The notes below the pieces were generated by a model that was not told the origin of the DNA, did not search any database, and was given only the letters and a program-made list of their open reading frames with translations. A DNA stretch of 64,000 nucleotides from Utricularia gibba (lineage: Eukaryota > Plantae > Magnoliophyta): contig CM007989.1 of NCBI GenBank assembly GCA_002189035.1, forward strand, positions 7,750,001 to 7,814,000, in the 5' to 3' direction. The position numbers and the translations under genes are program-made. Positions 58,183-64,000 of this stretch are shown in pieces (the stretch's first letter is position 1; the number at the start of each line of letters is the position of its first letter).

Positions 58183-60104
58183 ATGATGATGGATGACGAG
58201 GAGACGTTTTCTAAAGAGGAAGTGATCAAAATCAGTTTTGGTTATCAATGCAATTTGGATATTGATGGTTCTTTCGAGAGGAACAAGTGCATCGGCATCC
58301 AATCCACTAGTAAACTTACCCGAGCCAGCAGTAGTTTCTCATGTCTCACAGGAGCTGCGTTGAGTGCCAATCCGACATTAGCCAATACAAACATTTGCAA
58401 CGGATTGATTGCTTCCGAAATACTGCCAACCTTGGATTCACCTCGTTCATTTCGAAAGATCCCTTCTTGTCAAAAGTTGGATCTGTTATCTTCTATTCAG
58501 AGTAGCATGTCAAGCTTGAGTTTAAGTCCACCATCACCTTGCGATGTTCTTGATTCCGGTTCCTTTTCGCTCAAGTCCACAATTGCTCAAAGTGACAGCT
58601 TTCTCAATATGATGGATTTACAGATAGCTGGAGGGGCTGCTGGTGAAGATAGGGTGCAGGCGGTCTGCTCTGAGGAGAATGGCTGGCTGTTCTGTGGTAT
58701 TTATGATGGCTTTAATGGAAGGGATGCAGCAGATTTTCTTGCTGTGACACTCTATGAAAAAATTACGTCAAACCTCAATCTGCTTTCCTGGGGCCTAGGT
58801 TCAGAACCTGCCTATGCTCGTGATATTTTGATCATGGAGAAAGATAGCAAAGCTGGCTGGTCTAGTGCCTCATGGAACAGTCCTAATGCACAAAATGTTC
58901 TTGAAAGTCTTCACAATGCCCTGAATCAAGCTGAGTCTGAATTTCTTTACATGGTTGAACAGGAAATGGATGAGCGTCCTGATTTAGTATGCATAGGATC
59001 TTGTGTGCTGGCTGCTCTTCTCCATGGCAAGAACTTATACTTACTAAGTCTTGGGGATAGCCGAGCCGTGTTGGCCACATTTAGTGAAGGAATTGGTGAT
59101 GTTCCACAAGCAGTTCAGCTAACAGAGTGCCACACTGTCGACAACGCTGTTGAAAGAAGTCAGCTTGTGAATGATCACCCAAATGATCCTCATACGATTG
59201 TTGGTGGGAAAGTTAAAGGCAAGCTAAAGGTTACTCGGGCTTTCGGTGTTGGTTACTTGAAAAGGGTGAGTAACAGTTATTTTGCATTTGGTGCTGTTCT
59301 TGTACACAATCAAACACACCTTCAAAACAATTTTCCAACTTGGTAGGAATACCTTTTAGTCTATTTCTTGGCCTTTTCCCGGACTACTTTCTTCAACAAT
59401 CTGCACTTCTCCAGTTTTCCCATGCTCACTCCTGATCTGCTTTTCTCCAGTTTTGTGCCTCAAGTTCATCTTCATGCTCTTTTTTTCATAGTTCAAGCTT
59501 TACCGTATTCGGTGTTTCTACTATACCAGCCTTAAGTAATTATTTTCATCCTTGCCTACAGGCGAACCTGAATGATGCTTTGATGGGGATTCTGCGAGTT
59601 AGAAATCTCATCAGCCCTCCTTACATATCCTTGCAACCATCACTTCGCGCTCACAAGGTTGCAGATCATGACCACTTTGTGGTACTAGCAAGCGACGGTT
59701 TATTCGACTTTTTCAGTAATAACGAAGTTGTGAAGCTTGTGCACTCTTATTTACTACAAAATCCATATGGTGACCCGGCCAAGTACTTGGTTGAGCGGCT
59801 TGAAGCAAGAGCAGCACATTCAGCAGGTCCTTTTCCCTGTCCTCTTGTTACATCTGTTCCATCAATGCTTCGGTTTCTAAACAGTAATATCAACTTGTGT
59901 ATGAGGTTACAGTGATGTGATTCTTCTGCATATTACTTCTGAACCAGACTTATTCTTGTGGCACCTTCGTGTTCAGGCTTTAGCATGGAGGAGCTGAGGA
60001 GCGTCCCTCTCGGAAGGCGGCGGAAGTATCACGATGACGCCACCGTGATCGTAATCGTTCTTGGCTCCAAGAACCATACCTCCAAGGCATCCACATTTCT
60101 CTAG
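58183..60104 (+). CDS. Protein phosphatase 2C, POL/PLL-related (PP2C40 / At3g16560-like), 3 coding exons
   Basis: Exons 58183-59265, 59561-59826 and 59977-60104. Motifs AGGAAGEDRVQAVCSEE, GIYDGFNGRDAADFL, LGDSRAVL, LASDGLFDF and RRKYHDD. Confidence 0.94.
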
Positions 60105-60458
60105 TATGGCCAACGTACTCATCTCCTAGGCTTACATGCAGCGGCACATGTTCATAAGCACACTCGTCCTTTTCCCTTGAAACTCAAACTGCTTTTTCTG
60201 ATTTAGCTACCACAGTTTGATATGGTTGTTGATGTTTTTTTTATCTCAATACCCCATATTTCCTGATAAATTTTATATTGAATGGCATGGATGAGAAAGA
60301 CAGAGCAATCAGTAGTTTATTGGAGCAGCAATTCATGCTTGCCTACAACAACAGCTTATATTGTTATGAGAAACATGGTATATATACTATGCTTCTATTC
60401 TAATCAGCAAACACTAGGAGGAGACTATGGATGAAGATTCAGCAAATTGGACAATCTG

Positions 60459-60770
60459 CTAGGCATCCCGAACTTCGAACTCGTTGCGGTTCTTGATCAC
60501 AATATCATACATATGGATGGATTTGAACTTGTTGAAGTCTTTAGGGAGGGAGATGAGATGGACAGACGATCTCTTGTGGAACTGAAGCAGTTCAGGGTCA
60601 TTGTAATACCTCTCCCACCCCAGAGACAGCAATTTGCTCTCCAGCATTTGGTAGGATGTAATGCGTTCACCGGAAGGTACGTGCACGAGCTGCTTGCGAC
60701 GGGTTCCATCACTGCCGGCGTTCTCAACCAGGCGGACAACCCCGTCTTTGAACACCCAAACACCTGACAT
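60459..60770 (-). CDS. FPF1: Flowering-promoting factor 1-like protein
   Basis: [64 protein letters not shown]. Confidence 0.96.
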   Translation of the reverse strand: MSGVWVFKDGVVRLVENAGSDGTRRKQLVHVPSGERITSYQMLESKLLSLGWERYYNDPELLQFHKRSSVHLISLPKDFNKFKSIHMYDIVIKNRNEFEVRDA

Positions 60771-61057
60771 AGAGAAAGGAAGGGATGCCTTGAGAAATGT
60801 TTGGGGAGTTCAAGACACAATGCTCATGCATTTATAGAGACAGAATAATCAAAGTGCTGCAAGATGAAACCATTATCAGTAAAGGAACATTATGGACACT
60901 GCAAGGATAAAGACATTTGCAGTCAAGTGATGTGGCTGGTCTGCAGCACAAAGCACACATCATCAGTGAAGGAACAATGCGACTGGATTGACAGGAATCT
61001 GACTTCATTATTTAGAAGAATGTGGATTCCAGCGAAACTTTTCCAGGGAGCAAGGCG

Positions 61058-63121
61058 TCATATAACATCACACTCTGGGTAAAGCGACATAACACACATT
61101 TTACAAGTGGTCTAATGTGGTCAGAAACTCTGTGCCATAAAAGAACCATGAAAGAAGAATATTTCCTTGGAGCAAAAGACAAAAAGTTTGGCATTTTGAG
61201 AAAACAAAGGTAATGCAACAGGTGGATCAGGTATAAACCTAAATATGCCAAACGTGAGGGAGTCCAACGCAGTACAGGTGCATTGTATTCCACTGCCCAC
61301 GTGAGTAAAGTTCCGCCCATGTGTATAAAGAGATTCTTCATTGGTGGTGAGGGTATCTGCAACAAGGAAGCGTATTGTAAAACTTGACTAGCATCATTTA
61401 TAAGCGACCACCATCGTTTTACAGACATGTAGATGACAAAATAAGAGTCCCTTTCTCAGCATGATAGAGCTGATTTCATTAACACAAATAACGTATTCAG
61501 ATCAAAACAAATTATGCTATTCTAGGAATCCCATCTACTCAATAAGGAAACAGGAACATATGAAGATACATGGTTCAAAATGGATAATATCATAAAAAAA
61601 AAATGGATGGTCAAGACATCCTGAAAGGAACAATTCATCTACAAATAAAACACAAAGCCCAAAAAACCTAAAATCCAAGGGCTTGTTCTGCATAAATTCT
61701 TGTAATAAATTCTACTTCTCCTAAAATGAGAATTTGTTAAAAAGAAGGAGAATGAGAAGTAACCCACCCTGGTGTTACTTCTCATTTCTTAAAGAAATAA
61801 AGAGAAGGAGAAGAAGATTGGGAAGTAAAAGAAAAAGGAGAATGAAGTATTGTTCTGCAAACAACTTTCTCCTTTTTTTTTTAAGTATAAGTAGAATTTA
61901 TTTGATAAGAAGTTGTATAGAACATGCACTAAGATAAAAAAAACCCCCATATAACAGAGTAACATGACGTATTACCAAAGAATGGGTGTGCAACCCAGGC
62001 CAGCACAACTCATTGTTCTGTTCACTCCCAAGTGGAGACTTGTTGAGGCCCTAATCCCAACTCTTTGTCGACTCAACTTTCAAGCTCATGTAACCTTGAA
62101 TGAAATCCCATAACTACTTCATGTTTAATTTAGGACGGAATTCAGGTCACCCATTGTAAAGCAGAAATGAGTTTTTCTAGGAAACACGGATATCCAAGTA
62201 GAAACATCAAGCATACTCTGGCTTACAGTATTCTGCAATAATAGAGACTCGAGATGTTGAAGAAACAAGCTCATCATTATCCCATAAGAATCTGAGAAAA
62301 GGAAACAAACAATAGCAGGAAAAACATGTTCCATTACGCAGCAGTAAAAAATTCCAGAATGAAGAGTTTCGAGTCACGTTTTCATGAATCAAGGGAACAC
62401 AAATACACACTAAGTCCTGTAAAACGATGTGAAAACGTTGGAAAGCAAGCAAATTTACTTTCAAGGCACCAAAAGGTCCGGATGCAAACAAGGTAGCCTA
62501 TTCATTGTTCAAATGACCACATCTTCACCAAATTCAAGGAGAATAACTTACCCAAAAAATCAAGTTTTCCTTTTCTGGAGATGCCGAATGGATAAGCCAG
62601 TAAAGAATCCGTTCAAAAGCATAAGACTGAGCACTATACAACAAGAACATGAATAAATTCTCAAAAAAATTGAAAAGAAACGCCAAATACAGTCACACGC
62701 ATTTGCAGCAACAATAAGCGCATTAAGATAAGAAGCCCAAAAGGTTTTTCTACAATTTACAATGTCACTAGACAATAGCGTATCAAATATGCAACCTTTG
62801 GTATGGAAATACCGCTTGACCTCTAATAAAAATGTCACCTTCATTAAAATCCACCAAGACAACAACCACAAGCTAAGTATCATCCTCCGTTTTTAAATTT
62901 TCTCCAACATCTGCACGCCGATGCCCTACGATTCCATTCGGATCCATCTTCCTGCAATCCATGGTGCTCTTTGGCGCATCGCCAAATACCCAAGGCACAT
63001 CCGACATTGAAAAAACCACTATCCCATCATTAAACCGAATGTCCCAAGTCATCCTGCTCACGCCACCTTTCAGCACACTGTCCCCAGACAAAAACTCACC
63101 CCCAACTTGGGTTTCAGCCAT
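61058..63121 (-). pseudogene. Unidentified multi-exon gene or pseudogene with an in-frame TAG at 62875-62873
   Basis: An 82-codon ORF from ATG 63121 continues in frame past the TAG to a donor at 62795. A phase-consistent, stop-free chain of candidate exons follows (62633-62552, 62497-62338, 62291-62227, 61356-61239). Two of the implied introns are very short (46 and 54 nt), and I recognise no family. Confidence 0.35.
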
Positions 63122-63735
63122 ACCTCATGCTTCGCATTCGCTGCCAACAGATTCAAACACTGAACAGTGAGATGGAACCCCCGGTTTTCATCAATCTCCC
63201 AATCTGCCTTCCCATACCTCATAACTTATCATTCTTGACATTCCCAGCCCGTTTTTGCGAGTGACACCCAGACAGAGTAAACGCGTCTCTTCTGGAGCCG
63301 CACGCCATCCCCGGAATGGGATCCGGCCCCTCGTGCGACTGGGATTCCAAAACGATGTCCCTGAGATTATTCCCGACGAATGGGGCCCTTCTGGAGCTCG
63401 AAGACGAGGGCCGTCCCGTGCTCGCCCAGAGCCCTCATGGCCGTGCTTCCGAGGATTAGGGCTTCAACGTTTGATGAGATCCATCTTCAGCGTCTTTTGG
63501 GCTTTCGGCCCACCACTACGACCCAGCCCAATTCGGACTCATCGTTGACTTCTCATAATAATTAATCATTTTCTAATAAAAATAATTAAATTAGAAATGG
63601 AGCTCATCAATGATGTACGACTTGTACAAAAAACCACGCACTTGAAAAAAAAAAGCATTTAGAAATCTTATTCTCATGCTTCTTTTCTTCTGTAAGACAC
63701 GCTCTGTCATCTAGCAGCCGCCACTGCAAAGATTG

Positions 63736-64000
63736 TTACAGGGGCTTGTCTCCCTCCCACGTAGCTTCATTGCCAGCATGAAAATGGGGCTGCCAAAGGG
63801 CTTCTGGGTTTTCCTGTTTAGGAGCTTCAAACTGAGGTGATCCATTGGCATCCCTGCTGTATGAACACTCATTTTCAGCTTCTGTTGCCTGGGAGTCTGC
63901 GGAGCTGTTCATGGACTCGTCCGGCAGTGTCCTCACACGGGCTCGCTTGGGCCGCCGTGACGGCAGGCTTGTTTCGAATTTTGGTCTTCTGTTCACGGTT
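63736..64000 (-). CDS. 3' end of an unidentified gene running off the window
   Basis: The frame stays open from the window edge to TAA at 63736. It encodes a hydrophilic, disordered-looking sequence (RRPKRARVR...EGDKPL*) and is followed by 3'-UTR-like sequence. Confidence 0.55.
   Translation of the reverse strand, partial: TVNRRPKFETSLPSRRPKRARVRTLPDESMNSSADSQATEAENECSYSRDANGSPQFEAPKQENPEALWQPHFHAGNEATWEGDKPL

Overview
This is gene-dense nuclear DNA from a eudicot plant: spliceosomal GT-AG introns, many only 60-100 nt, separated by AT-rich spacers. There is no sign of prokaryotic, CRISPR or autonomous-transposon content. I can support about 17 recognisable protein-coding genes: an F-box protein, prefoldin 3, an AIF-type atypical bHLH, peroxisomal enoyl-CoA hydratase, a PMEI-domain protein, a BOD1/Shg1-domain protein, PP4R3/PSY2L, plastid dihydrolipoamide dehydrogenase, an R2R3-MYB, DUF3511, a C2H2 ZFP, eIF2-gamma, a LIN-like WD40 protein, kinesin-13A, organellar IleRS, a PP2C and an FPF1-like protein. 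There is also one unidentified spliced gene or pseudogene with an in-frame stop, and the 3' end of a gene cut by the window edge. The main signal missed by the ORF track is a polycistronic snoRNA cluster at 6.57-6.95 kb behind a site II/telo-box promoter. It holds two box C/D RNAs with exact rRNA guides and a candidate H/ACA RNA. Three conserved genes each carry a single-base deletion at a short homopolymer, which points to consensus errors in the assembly rather than pseudogenes. I found no convincing, wholly new multi-gene system. The best unexplained items are the snoRNA precursor architecture, a spliced non-coding-looking island at 23.4-24.4 kb and the orphan gene at 61-63 kb. All family assignments come from motif recognition and recall, not from database searches.
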